Positions 12,751-25,319 of a DNA stretch of 64,000 nt are shown here, piece after piece. The translations under genes were made by a program, and so were the position numbers. The stretch is taken from assembly GCF_016432865.1 (NCBI RefSeq), contig NC_067399.1, forward strand, positions 78,926,001-78,990,000, written 5' to 3'. The DNA comes from Antechinus flavipes (Eukaryota). Below the pieces are notes generated by a model. It was given only the letters and a program-made list of their open reading frames with translations. It was not told the origin of the DNA and made no database searches. Each line of letters begins with the position of its first letter. Position 1 is the stretch's first letter.

Positions 12751-14451
12751 TTTTAGTCTGTTGTAACCAAATGTTTTGGGGTTCTATCATTCAGCAGATT
12801 AATTATTTCACTCAGTTCTTTGTCATCAGTAAATGTGATGGACTTGTTCACTGGGCATTTTCTAAGTCATAGCTTAAAAATGATTTTTAAAAAAATAAAA
12901 TAAAGTTCCCCCTTCACTTCTTGCTCTGAGGCTCATACTATGTCCCTCTGCAAAACTATCCTCCAAGGCCTTTATTAGTCAGAACCCCTGGCCCCAAAAG
13001 ACCCTCAGTCTTTCCTACTGTGACAATTCTCATGTCCTTATATTTTCTTAGTAGAAAAGCAAAATTTGCATGCTACATAGTATTTGTATGTGAAATAAAT
13101 TCCCACTGAATGTCCTTTTTGTTTGAAATATAAGGGAACATAGTCAGGGAGAGAGAACATGTAAATGCACAGCAATCCTTGCTTGTGTTACCCCAGAGGG
13201 CATTTGGGCATTGATCCAGAGGTTGCAAGGTCAGGCTGTAAGATCCATGAGAGCAAAGGCCTCGTCTCATCTGAAATTTTATATGTTCTTCCATCTTTAA
13301 GCACAATACTCTGAACATAGTAGGTGATTTTATCAAAATAAAATAAAACCTGCCTTAAATTAATCTCAGTAAGTTTATTTAATAGAAGTCACAAGTCTAT
13401 ACATTTCAAGGAAGGAGTTCCAATAGAAATGAACTGTGAACATCAATCTCTTCTCTGTTTGTCCAGCCCCCCTCACCATCCCCTAAGTCTCCTGAAGCCC
13501 TTCTTCGCTTAGAAGAACAATCTATCCCAGCCTTTCTTTGTTGTGAGCCAAGAGGAGATTTAGCCAGCGTTTATAGGTAGAGTGGAACTGGAGGACAGAG
13601 AGATTGTGGCCAAGGTGACCCCATGGCGACCAGGTTTGTGCCAGTGATAACTGCCCAGTACCCTCCCTTTCTCCGTGGCTGAACACGTGCCTTATGAATC
13701 CAGCTGTTTGGAAACAGTAACTGGATACTTGACCTCATTACACTTGGTTCCTGGGTATGGTCTCTTATGAGAAATGTTAAGTGAGCAGGAGAGAGGGAGA
13801 CCGAGTGTACTCTGGCAGCAGATGAAAGGACTTTGGCAGAGCGAAGGAAGCATCTTTTGCAAAATGATGTTTAAACTCTGTGTTAGGAAAATTAACTCCT
13901 TCACTGAGGTGAACTCAGAAAATTTCATTCTGGGCTAAGAAATATCTGCCAGGACAAAACGTGAGTCATTCTGTGGCACTCCCATAGACAGAGAGCTGAA
14001 CTCTCTGCTGGAGCTTCTGTTCCCTTGACTGGAGTGGTGAAGAATGCAGTGCCCTATGCCCAGCAGGGCAGAAGTCATGGGCGCTTGGCAGAGTATGGGG
14101 CAGCTAAGACCCTGGATACTCTGGACTCGGATCTATGGTGCCCCAAGCCGAGCAGAAAAGCAGAAATGTGCAAACTCTGCTGAGAGCTGCCCACAGGCTC
14201 AACTAGGCCTAGGAAGAGCTAGCTGCTTCTACCCCTGGGCTCTCTTTATAATCTCCTCACCTCTCCCCAAGCCCTTTCCCAAAACTTAAAAGCCATTATG
14301 CTGTCTAATAAATATTTGTTGAATGAGTGAGAAGGGAACCAAAGTTAGCTGAAAATGCTCTACCTGAACTCTTGTCCACATGCTCTACTTTAGACTTCAA
14401 AATTAACCTTATGTTGCCTGGACTCAGGTCCACCAAACCACTTCTTGACCA

Positions 14452-14775
14452 TTTGTTTTAGATTATACATGTACATTCATTTTTTGCATATTTACATGTG
14501 AGTCATGTTTGGAGAGAAAAATCAGAACAAAAGGGAAAAACCAGGAAGGAAAAAAAAAAGTGTGCTTTGATCTGCATTCAGTCTCCATAGTTTTCTTTCT
14601 GGATGTGAGTGACATTTTCCATGCAAAGTTTATTGGAATTGCCTTGGACCACTGAATTGCTGAGAAGAGACAAATCTCTCATAGTTGATCATCACACAAC
14701 CTTACTGTTGTTGTGTATAATGTTTTCCTGGTTCTGCCTCCTTCATTAGCATCTATTCATGTAAATCTTTCCACA
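14452..14775 (-). mobile_element. L1 3' UTR fragment
   Basis: Same reversed L1 3' motifs as 10708-11140 (GATCTGCATTCAGTCTCCATAG, GTTGATCATCACACAA). Confidence 0.8.
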
Positions 14776-14979
14776 GCCCCCATTTTTCAATCAGACCCTG
14801 GATTTCTACCCTTAGGACTTATCTAAGGTCAGTTCAATGGGCTTGTGAGAGCTGATTATTAAATTTTCAGGATGAGCATTAATACTTTAGCAAATACTTT
14901 TAATTTGTTGTTTTATTGATTGTCCCCTCATCAGTTTTTTGTTTATGTTTTTGTTTAGTGAAATTATTTGTTTTGTTTT

Positions 14980-15092
14980 TGGAGACATTTGGGGTTAACT
15001 ACTTTATTTAGGATCACACAGCTAGAAAGTGTCTGAGGTCAAATTTGAACTCAGGTCCTCTTGATTCCAAAGCTGGTGCTCTATCTACTCAT
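14980..15092 (-). mobile_element. WSINE1/MIR-type SINE
   Basis: GATCACACAGCTAGAAAGTGTCTGAGGTCAAATTTGAACTCAGGTCCTCTTGA. Confidence 0.7.
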
Positions 15093-17169
15093 CACTCCAA
15101 CTCTTCCATTATTAAATATTTACAAACCCATCCTGGTCTAGGACCAGGCTCAAATTGATGAGTAGTCACCTTATCCTGCCCAGACCTAGAATTGCCATGA
15201 CACTCTCCTAACTATCTCATGCCAAGTCACAATTCTAGCTCTGAGAATAGTAACTGAATCATCACTATCATTCCTAGTAAGAACAGGTCAATCAAATTCC
15301 TGTTGACTTCCATCACCATTCCTTCTGATCTCCCTGTCCCAAACCCTCTTCCCTGTATCCCAGTCCCTTATTGATGTTTCTGCCTCTTCCTCTATTAGAA
15401 TGTAAAATCCTTAAGATCAAGGAGTCCTTTGCTTGCTTGTATTTCCACCCCTGTACTTTTCAACACTCTGGTATATCATAAGTGCTTAAAAAATATTTTT
15501 TTATTGATCTGCTCATTCTGACTTTGTTATTCTTGTTTTTGTTATTCTTATTGTACCAATTGTACCAATAAAATCATACAATCTCAGAATCTCAAAAACA
15601 GAAGAGACTAACAGCCATAAGATGAAAGAAGATTATAGATTTAAAACTAGAGAGGACACCAGAAATCATTTTATTTTATAGAAAAGGAAACTAAAGAAGC
15701 CCAATAGATAACATGGTCATAGTCACAAATGATAAGTAGCAGCAATTGCTCCCAATTTTCCTGGCTTCAAATCTAATATTCTTTCTGTTGAAGTATCTAA
15801 TCTAAGCCACATATAGGACAGGAATCTTCCCTTTGGTCTTTCCAACCATCTCAGTGACTCAGTTATTCAAAGTTATCTTTGGTCATTATCATAAGGTCAC
15901 AAGTGTAAAGTTGAAAGTGATTTAAGTGGACATTTGGTCCAAAGTCCTCATTTTTCAGATGAGAAAACAGGCACTTAGGGGTGCTTAGGTGATTTGCCCA
16001 TGTGAGTATCTTAGGCATGTTAGAAACTTGGGTGCCCTGGCTCCAGAGTGTTGCATGATTCAATCTTCATTCCTCTCTATCATTTTTTCATACTCTTCTT
16101 TACAAGATCATATTTCACAGATTAGGGATAACAATAATTATAATGGGGGTGGGATGGGGGCAAGTGTTTGAAACAATAATTTACATTCTGGGTATCTATA
16201 TTACCATCTATTATATTTATGATTCTGGGTCCCTTATTTTTTCTTCTACTCAATATTTGTGTAGCCTGACATTCTAAAATTTGTTTAGAGTTATTAATTC
16301 AAGGAATTTTGAAAGGTTTGGGGGAGAGTTCTGCAAGTTTCTGCCTTTAATCTGCCATCTTGGCTCCATCTCCCCACTTTGTTTTTCTTCAGGCAGCTAT
16401 ATAAAAGGGGTAAAGAGGGGGAAGTCAAGTGTCTTGTCTCTGGGAAACCTTTTCTTGGACTCCTAAATTGTTAATGCTCTCTCTCAGCTCCTCAAAAGTT
16501 CATATGCAGATTTATCTGCTTCTAAAATGCTTCCCCCCAAAAATGTAAATTCTTTATGGGAAGGGAGATGTCTTTGTATCCCCAATGTCTAATAATACAA
16601 TACATGCCATGGCACTTAATAAATGAATTAATAAATAATTAATAAAACTTAAAAACAAAAAAAAAACTAAAATAAAATATTTTTTAAAAAAAATTAAAAA
16701 TAAAAAAATAAAAAAAAACTTAAAAACTTAAAAAATAAAACTTAATAAATGGATTGGAATGTTCCTTTAGGGAAGTAATTTTTTCTGCTTCTGGAGCTTC
16801 ATATCTTTACCTAGAAAAACAGAAATTACTCTCATGTATCAGATGAAGAAGGTTGAAAAGAGGGTCGTCATAGCAGAAGAGTCTTCAAGAACCAGTCTGA
16901 GGAGCCAGACAACCATTACTAAAACCCTACTTTGCCATAGGTCATGTAGACATAGTAGACCTAGAAAAAATGTATTTGGGCCTAGACAAGTAAGGTTCAA
17001 ATGGGTGAGAAGAGGCAATGGGATTTTAAAGGAGAAGAAACAAAGAACTTATTGACATTAAAATATTAAAGCATGATGTCATTTGAGTAACCCTTAAAGA
17101 ATAGGGAGAAATTAGACAAGTATAACTGTAGAGAAGAGAATCCCAAGGTGGGGGGGAAGACAATATAGG

Positions 17170-18250
17170 CAAAATATTGCTTAATTGATCATTCAATAGA
17201 CATTTATTGTCTACTTTCTATGTGCCAGACATTGCGGTAGGCATTTGGGATAAAAAGATAAGAATGAAATAAATTTTGCCTCAAGAAGTTTATATTCTAT
17301 TGGGGGAGGTAACATGCATTCAAGAAAATATAAAATATATGCATATATAAATAAATACTAGGTTAAAAAAAAGACTGGTGTGTTAGAAGGTACCAATGGC
17401 TAGAAAGAAGAAGAAAGATTTCATATCTTGAATAGAGATGCCTTGAACAGAATTTTGAAAGAAACTGAGGTTACTGGAAGTTATAAATAAGGTGAGAGTG
17501 CAATTCATGTATGAGTAGAGTCATCAAGCAAACGTGAAGAGATAAGACACAGTTAATACTGTGAAGAACAATAGGAAGACCAATTAGGGTAGATTGTAGA
17601 CTAGAGAAAGAGGAATAATATTATATAATATATATTGCATATGATATTATATAATAATGTTGAAAAGGCAGGTTGGATTCAGGTGACAAAAAGCTTTGAA
17701 AACCAGAGATTGGCTTTATATGTTTATCTTAGAGGCAATAGGGAGACATTTAAATCTATTGAGTAGGGAAATCTCATATTCAGATCTATGCTTCAGGGGA
17801 ATCATTTTGGAAACTCAAGGGAAACTGATTTGGAGAGGAAAGAGATATGAAAGAGCAAGACAATTATGAAGCTATTAAAATAGTGCAGGTAAGAGGTGGT
17901 GAAAACCTAAATTAAGATGGTGGCCATATGATAGTGGCATGAGTTATAATGGAGGGAAAACTAACAAGATTTGGAAGCTGGATATATTTCCTTGCTCCAT
18001 ATGGAGGGTGAAGGAAAGTGTAGAATTGAGAAAACACCCAAGTTTGTTCACCTCAGTGACTAAAAGATGATGCTTTTGACATCAGAATAGGAGACAGAAA
18101 TAGGGGAGTTTGGGAGGAGCCTGGGCTTGCAATATGTTGAATTTGAGACACCTGTGGGATACCAAGTAGAAGGAATACAACTAGAGGCAGGAAAGAATGG
18201 GATACAACTGTGGAAAAATGTATGGCCTTAATTGGCTATAAAGTACTAGA
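17170..18250 (-). mobile_element. L2 LINE, 3' ~1 kb
   Basis: Starts at the L2 3' terminus (CATTCAATAGACATTTATT..CTATGTGCCAGACATTG) and continues with purine-rich L2 ORF2-like sequence up to the gap. Confidence 0.7.
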
Positions 18251-19039
18251 TGTAAAANNNNNNNNNNNNNNNNNNNNNNNNNNNNNNNNNNNNNNNNNNN
18301 NNNNNNNNNNNNNNNNNNNNNNNNNNNNNNNNNNNNNNNNNNNNNNNNNNNNNNNNNNNNNNNNNNNNNNNNNNNNNNNNNNNNNNNNNNNNNNNNNNNN
18401 NNNNNNNNNNNNNNNNNNNNNNNNNNNNNNNNNNNNNNNNNNNNNNNNNNNNNNNNNNNNNNNNNNNNNNNNNNNNNNNNNNNNNNNNNNNNNNNNNNNN
18501 NNNNNNNNNNNNNNNNNNNNNNNNNNNNNNNNNNNNNNNNNNNNNNNNNNNNNNNNNNNNNNNNNNNNNNNNNNNNNNNNNNNNNNNNNNNNNNNNNNNN
18601 NNNNNNNNNNNNNNNNNNNNNNNNNNNNNNNNNNNNNNNNNNNNNNNNNNNNNNNNNNNNNNNNNNNNNNNNNNNNNNNNNNNNNNNNNNNNNNNNNNNN
18701 NNNNNNNNNNNNNNNNNNNNNNNNNNNNNNNNNNNNNNNNNNNNNNNNNNNNNNNNNNNNNNNNNNNNNNNNNNNNNNNNNNNNNNNNNNNNNNNNNNNN
18801 NNNNNNNNNNNNNNNNNNNNNNNNNNNNNNNNNNNNNNNNNNNNNNNNNNNNNNNNNNNNNNNNNNNNNNNNNNNNNNNNNNNNNNNNNNNNNNNNNNNN
18901 NNNNNNNNNNNNNNNNNNNNNNNNNNNNNNNNNNNNNNNNAGAAAGTTGAAAAGAAGATCATTATAACAGAAAAGTCCCAAGGAACAGTCTGAGGAGCCA
19001 GCCATTACTAAAACCCTAATTTGCTTTAGGCTTTGAGAG

Positions 19040-19135
19040 TCAGAGACAGAGAAAGAGACAGAGACAGAGAGGCAGAGATACAGATACAGAAACAAAGAGA
19101 CAGACAGACAGACAAGACACAAATATGTATACACA
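19040..19135. repeat. (GAGACA)n-like low-complexity tract
   Basis: GA/CA-rich degenerate hexamer repeat. Confidence 0.85.
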
Positions 19136-20164
19136 CACAGACTTATTAGCTGCATGACGATGGGCAATTCAGTCAGCATCTGTCTGCTATATTTTCTCAA
19201 GTATAAAATGATCATTATAATATTACCTACCTTCCAGGAGTGTTGTGAGGATCAACTCTGATAATATTTGTAAAGCACTTAGCACTGTTCTGGCACTTAG
19301 TAGGTGCTCAATAAATACTTATTCTCTTCCCTTTCCTTCCCTAATGGAGATCTCAGACTATCTAAACCTTAGTGTTAACTCCATGACTTATTGTAGCTAA
19401 ATAATTTTATCATAAAGTGGTCAACCTTCTGGTAATGGTAAGCATATTTGTGTTCAATATTTTGGATAAAAAAGCAGTGTGATATGACTTTAGAGTTAGA
19501 GGGACAATGGGTAAAGTTCTGCCTTTGTGTGTATTCACTCTCAAAATGATCCCTATCAAGTTATTTATTGTTCACATGTCTCAGACACACTTTTGGGACT
19601 TATTTCCTGAGTCATAGATGGCTCTCTATATGTTGATGGAAGGAGTCCTTCCACCAGGGAATCCTCATGCTGGTGAAATCAGAGATTCTTGGTGTTAGGT
19701 ACATACAAGACACATACTTTCCTTTGCATGGAGGCAACCCTTGGCTTCTCAGAGCCTAGGCTAGCAAGGCACAAACTTGCTAGGCAGGTCCTAGCAAGAT
19801 GAAAAGGTTGGGAGTATGGTCCAGTAAGAGACTACTTGCTTGTTCCATAGATACAATTTTCCATGGTGTTTGAATTTCAGTCACTAATGCCATTTATCAG
19901 ACTAGGTAAAAAAATCACCCTCTTGTTCCACAGAGCAGACTAGCTCAATCTTTTCTAAATACTTGAAACTTTAAAAGAAAAAATAAAGTTTCTTTTTTTC
20001 TTTCTCCATTAAAAAAAAAATTCCCACAGAAGAGCAACAGCTTAAAGGCTGTGTTATTCATTTTTTAGTGGAGTGAAATCTTCTCTTCAGTATTTTGAAA
20101 GAATTTCTAGTATATAGTTCTTCCGTGATAACATGTTAGAAGTAACTAACAATTAAGTTATTTT

Positions 20165-20500
20165 GGTCCTCGCTAATAATGCTCAGGGAGCAATTCATGT
20201 TTCTTTCTGGGTTAATAAGAAACATTTGCGGCAAAAGCATGGAACTGTGCAGATAAAGCAATTGGCAAGAAATAGTATGTTTAAATACCAGAAAACAGCC
20301 CATATCCAAACAGGTGCGTGATAAAACCATATAAATAGACTGCTCTGTATGCAGAACGGCGCGTAGCAAAGTTGGAGAAGGAGTTTGCGGGAAAGAACTT
20401 TCCTTCTATGCAGAGGAAAATATCTCTAAACTTGGTCCTTGGGTATCCTCGTTAGACTAAACAGCTGGAAAAACAGTTCTGTGGGGGCCCGAAAGTAAGA
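20165..20500 (+). promoter_or_regulatory. Candidate promoter/enhancer with TATA box and downstream splice donor
   Basis: 9 CpGs in 20171-20491, GATA at 20251 and 20319, E-boxes at 20311 and 20462, TATAAATA at 20330-20337, AAA|GTAAGA at 20494/20495; no repeat similarity seen. Confidence 0.4.
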
Positions 20501-20989
20501 GTGGCTTTACCATATTTTTTTTTCAATGACTGGATAAACAAAACCTTGCCAGGGAAATGATTAGACTTTTGCAAATAGAGCCTCAAGCTAGAGTCTTGTG
20601 AAAGGCAGGCTCACCCCTTTTCAACCTTAAGAAGTATGTCTGACTCTTCAAATTAGTGTTGGTCATTTTGTTGTTGTTGTTGTTGTTGTTGCCGTGATAT
20701 TTTAAAAGACATTTTTGTTGATGTTTTATTTTTTTTAACACTTGGTCACTTGTCTTAGGGGCATGCAGAGCTTGGCTTGTCAAAGAACTATTTGGTTTCC
20801 ATTAAGACTTGCTATGTGTACAGGAAATTTGCTTTCAGGCTGAAAGATTAAAAACAAAATAAAACAAAAAAAATACATTATTTCTGCCCATAGGATGAGC
20901 AGATTTTAGAACTGAAAGGGATCTTAGACAGAAGAATTGGGTCTAGGCAGTCTCTAGACTAGATGAACCTGGATGAGAATTGTTGAAAG

Positions 20990-21342
20990 ATATTTAGTCA
21001 GGAAAAGAGAACATTCAGAGGGTAAATGATGGTTATCTTCAAGTATTTGAAATGCTAGGATAGGAAAAGGGATTACATTTGTCCTCAGAGGCCAGAAAAA
21101 TGAGTAGAAAATACATCTGGAAAAATTTAGTTGATATTAGGAAAAAAGTTCTTAATAATTAGAGCTGTCCAAAAATGGAATGCCCCAAGAGATGGTAGGT
21201 TCCCCACTCAATGAAAGTCTTCAAGCAGAAACTGGCATGACTGATACTTTATCAAAGGTGTTATAGTAGAGATTCCTTTCAAGTGTGTGTTGTATTGTAT
21301 AGCAACTGAAGTTCTTTCCAATTCTGAATTCTATGAATCTGT
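20990..21342 (+). mobile_element. CR1/L3 3' end
   Basis: ATCTTCAAGTATTTGAA...AATTAGAGCTGTCCAAAAATGGAATG...GTTCTTTCCAATTCTGAATTCTATGAATCT. Confidence 0.75.
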
Positions 21343-21479
21343 GCATTTGTGGTTTCAAGAGTCTCTTCTACTTCTGAGATTTTGTAATCTATGATTAGAT
21401 TAGATTAGATACTCTTGGGATTTCTTCTAGCTCTAAACTCTATGATCCTATACCAGGGTATTGAGGGGTCTGGAAACTA

Positions 21480-21820
21480 TGCCATAAGAACTTGGGTTGA
21501 AAGAACTGGGAATATTGACCCTGGAGAAGAGAAAACTGGGGATGGGGTAGCAGGATGAGGAAGATGATGCAAAGATGATTAGGCTTGGACTTTAGAAAAT
21601 AGTAGGTGATGCAGATTTTGACTTATTATGAGGAAAACAATGCCCTGTACAATTAAAGCTTTCCTAAAGTAGAAGAGACTACCTCAGTAGTTGGAGGGTT
21701 CCCTTTCACTAAAGTTTTCTAAGTGGAGGCTGAATGACCATTTATCATAGATATGTTAGCAAAAGAGTGTGTTCAGGCATATTTTGGAAGAGTAGATAAA
21801 GTCCCAGATCACTTTGAGGT
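21480..21820 (+). mobile_element. CR1/L3 3' fragment
   Basis: GAAAGAACTGGGAATATTGACCCTGGAGAAGAGAA...GTTCCCTTTCACTAAAG...GGAGGCTGAATGACCAT. Confidence 0.6.
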
Positions 21821-22659
21821 TCTGATTTGGTGAGTCCAGGATCCTTGTTTTACAGATTCAGAAGCTAAGGTTTAAGAAAGGTTAAAAACATGGCCAAGAT
21901 TGCATTCAAAGTCATTAGCAAAAGCAAGATATGAATCTAGTTTCTCTGTATCTGGAGCAAAAAGAACTACTATACTCCTATGGTAAGATGTGTTGCCACT
22001 GCCTCTGATGGATTTAGAATTTGTGGAATCAGTGGTCATCAGAATTGTAGATTCTTTTTGGTATTTTAGGATCATACATTCCTTATTAGCCTGACAGTGC
22101 CCAGAGGGGGAAAAAAAAAGAACTTTGGAATCACCAAAAACTGATCTACAAAGACAGTGCGATACAAGATTTAAAAGCCAAGAACCCTATGGCTATTAGG
22201 CTCATATAGCTTCTCTTGAATGTTGTTTTTCTACTGGGAGACAGAGAGTGTTAAAGATAAGGCAGTGGGAGAACATGACCCTAAGACAGACCTTGGCCTG
22301 GACAACTCCCTCGAGGCAAAAATATTTTGAAACAAAGAGTCCAGCTACTCCCCTAGTTCTGCTTTCTAACATATAACCTGCCTGAATACTGGGTATCTGA
22401 GGAGTAGTGAGAACACTCTCTGGAGTTTAAAGACGTGTATTCAAGCCCTCTCTTTTTTGCTTATTGGCTTTATGGTTGTGGGCAAGTCTTTCTAAGATGA
22501 GGGACCTGGGCTCATAGAATCCATACTTCTAAATTTTTAGGCTCGGGAAAAGCACAGATGATTTATTCCTTAATAACTGAGAGGAAAAACAGTTGCTGCA
22601 AATGAATTGATGCCCAGTCACTAGCAACCAATTGTGGTGACCAAGGTGAAAAGGTTGGG

Positions 22660-22915
22660 GTGCTCAAGAACTGGTAAATTTTTAACAATTTAACAATCAG
22701 CTCTCTGAAAATGTAAGACATGTTTTTAAGTGTAATCTGGATCATTAACCTTTTCTCTATCATTTTAAGTCTGGACATAAACAATTCAATAAATCAAACA
22801 AAACAAAGCAATAAATCAATCCTTGAATTGTAGCTTTTGCTATTTCCAAGGTATAAATACTTACATTGGAAATGTAACAATTGTATCTCATGAGTTCAGC
22901 TGGTTCTAACACATC
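22660..22915. mobile_element. MER63-like hAT-Blackjack element
   Basis: GGGGTGCTCAAGAACTGGTAAATTTTTAACAA...TTTAAGTCTGGACA...TTTCCAAGGTATAAATA...GGTTCTAACACATCC. Confidence 0.65.
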
Positions 22916-23176
22916 CAGTCCTTCCTTTCATACAATTTATATGATGTATTAACCAAACAATAAGCATTTATTAAGTACCTACTGTATTTCAGGCAATATG
23001 CAAAGTGCAAAGTAGGGATACAAAGCCAAAAGCAAAACAGTTCCAGTCCTCAAGGAATTTATATTTTAACTGAGGAGACAATATATACACATGCAAATAC
23101 ATCTAGATGTGTGTGTGTGTGTGTGTGTGTATGTAGAGAGAGAATATATGTGTATACATATACACATATTTTTCAG

Positions 23177-23417
23177 TTAGGTGGTGAGGTATATAGAGTG
23201 CTGGGCCTGGAATCAAGAAGACTCATATTTTTGAGTTCAAATCTGACCTCAGACACTTCCTAGTTGTATGATCCTGGACAAGTTGCTTAACACTATTTGC
23301 CTTAGTTTCCTCATCTATAAAATGAATTGAAGAAGGAAATGACAAATTGCTTCAGTATCTTGCCAAGAGAACTCACAAGATCATGAAGAATCAGACACTG
23401 AAAACAAGTGAACAACA
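23177..23417 (+). mobile_element. Mar1 SINE, near full length
   Basis: TTAGGTGGTGAGGTATATAGAGTGCTGGGCCTGGAATCAAGAAGACTC head; GAAGGAAATGACAAATTGCTTCAGTATCTTGCCAAGA tail. Confidence 0.85.
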
Positions 23418-24497
23418 AGTGTGTGTGTGTGTGTGTACATATATAAGTATGTATGTATATATATGTAACATATATATATATACACACCCATATATGTGTA
23501 CATGTAGTTATATAATATATGTATAATGTACACAAACATATAATAAATAATTCGAGAAGGGAAGATATGAGAAATTGGAGGAAACAGTTAAGACTTCATG
23601 TAGAAGGTGATGCTTGAGTGGAGTCTCGAAGAAAACTAAGTATTCTAAGACATAAAATCAGAGAGTATGTTGGTAAAGGTTTAACATCCAGCTCTTTAGT
23701 AGAAAAAAATAATAATATATGTTCAATGCAATTTTAAATGTAATCTTCATTAACATTCCTTCCATCACTTTGATAAGTCTAGAAATCAATAAAACAGTAA
23801 ACCTAGGTCTGTTCTATAGCCATCTGTTATTTTCTGTGATATAAGTGATCACACCAAAAATTTAATAATCATCTTTAGCTAGTTCAAGCTGACTTTAGGA
23901 CATCCCTGCTTGAGTCATAGGATCTAGCTGAAAGGGACCTTAGAGATCATTTAATTGAACACCTCCATTTTTTTTTCCAAATCTCATTAAGTCTTTTTCC
24001 AGAGATGGAAATCTTCAACTCCTTCCTGTGGTCCTGCTGTGTTATAGTCTCTAGTCTTCTCACTATTCTGGTTTTCTTTTTCTTGATCTGGTACAATTTG
24101 TCACTATCCTTCCTCAAAGAATTTCATGAAGGTCAAAACTAACTGGCTGTTCTCTGAAGGGCTCTGATAAACAGCACTGACAAGTATGTGGAGCTAATAT
24201 TTCGTTTGTCTGCCTTTCATATGCTCATCTAGCCTAACTCCTTTGTTTTCTTGAGGAGAGAATCAAAGTCTTTAGGGATAAGTAAACAGGTCAGATAGGT
24301 ATACTGGTATTAGATATTACAAAGGAGAACTTAGAATTTGAACCCAGGCCCTGAATTTAACATTATTTCTCCTATAGAATTTAAACTATCTATTTCACTA
24401 GGACTTCTGAACTCTAAAAATATGAGTCTTTTGTTCAAAACTGATGGATAATATTATGGAAACAGATTTAGAAAAACCATGAAAAGGCAAGGAAGTA

Positions 24498-24640
24498 GGA
24501 GAAGCTAGGTGTAAGACTGAGCACCATCTCTGGAGTCAGAAGGACCTGTGTGCAAATCCAGCCTCAGACATTTAACACTCACTCTGTGACCCTGGATAAG
24601 TCATTTAAGCCCAATTGCCTTGTCAAAAAAAAAAAAAAAA
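24498..24640 (+). mobile_element. WSINE1 with A-tail
   Basis: GAAGCTAGGTG head, CCTCAGACATTTAACACT, CCCAATTGCCT and A16 tail. Confidence 0.8.
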
Positions 24641-25319
24641 GTCACTGGAACCAGTGAAGTGGTAAACAGTTATCAAGTTCTTGCTATGGGCCTGGAACTA
24701 TATTAGGTACTAGAGGTTAAAAAAAATAAATAAAAAAGAAAGAAAAGAAAAAATTGTATCGGGGAAAACAAAATGTTTCCCTAAATGCAATAGGAAAAAT
24801 ATTTGAATTGTCATGGTTAGAGAACCAATTTTAACAAACATTTTTGTCTTTGTATCCTGGATAACTCAGTGCTTCATACATAGTAGGAGCTTTAATAAAT
24901 TCTTATTGGGTTGAAAGGAATTGAACTTCTCTAAGATTTTTGGGGAGAGGCTGGGGAGAAGGGGAAGGAAAAGAATATATGTTTGTTTTTATTTCTTTGA
25001 TTCTCTCAAAGCAGCCTGACTTTCTGGTCAGTAATGAGTGCTACAGCATGGTATACCTGATGCCAGATTGGATGCTGTTTCTGATTTGTGACTTTATTAT
25101 CAGTTTGCGGTCACATCATTCTGTAATTAGCCACTTCAGAATCAGACATTGCTGGCAAATGTTTCAATTTATTTCTAAATAAATGCTGGGCAGAATCCCA
25201 TAAGAAGGACAGAGACAGAAGTCAGGCTGTACCCAGAACCAGATGCAACTGGGAAAATTTCTCTGTGGAACAAAATTTTCTCCCATTAACTACTGATGGA
25301 TGTGATAAAAAGCCTTCTT

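Noticed and set aside
18181-19215. Long ORFs (344, 246 and 238 aa)
   Set aside because: They read through the N-gap; artefacts. The same applies to ORFs over the gaps at 27.9, 33.8, 44.2 and 63.0 kb.
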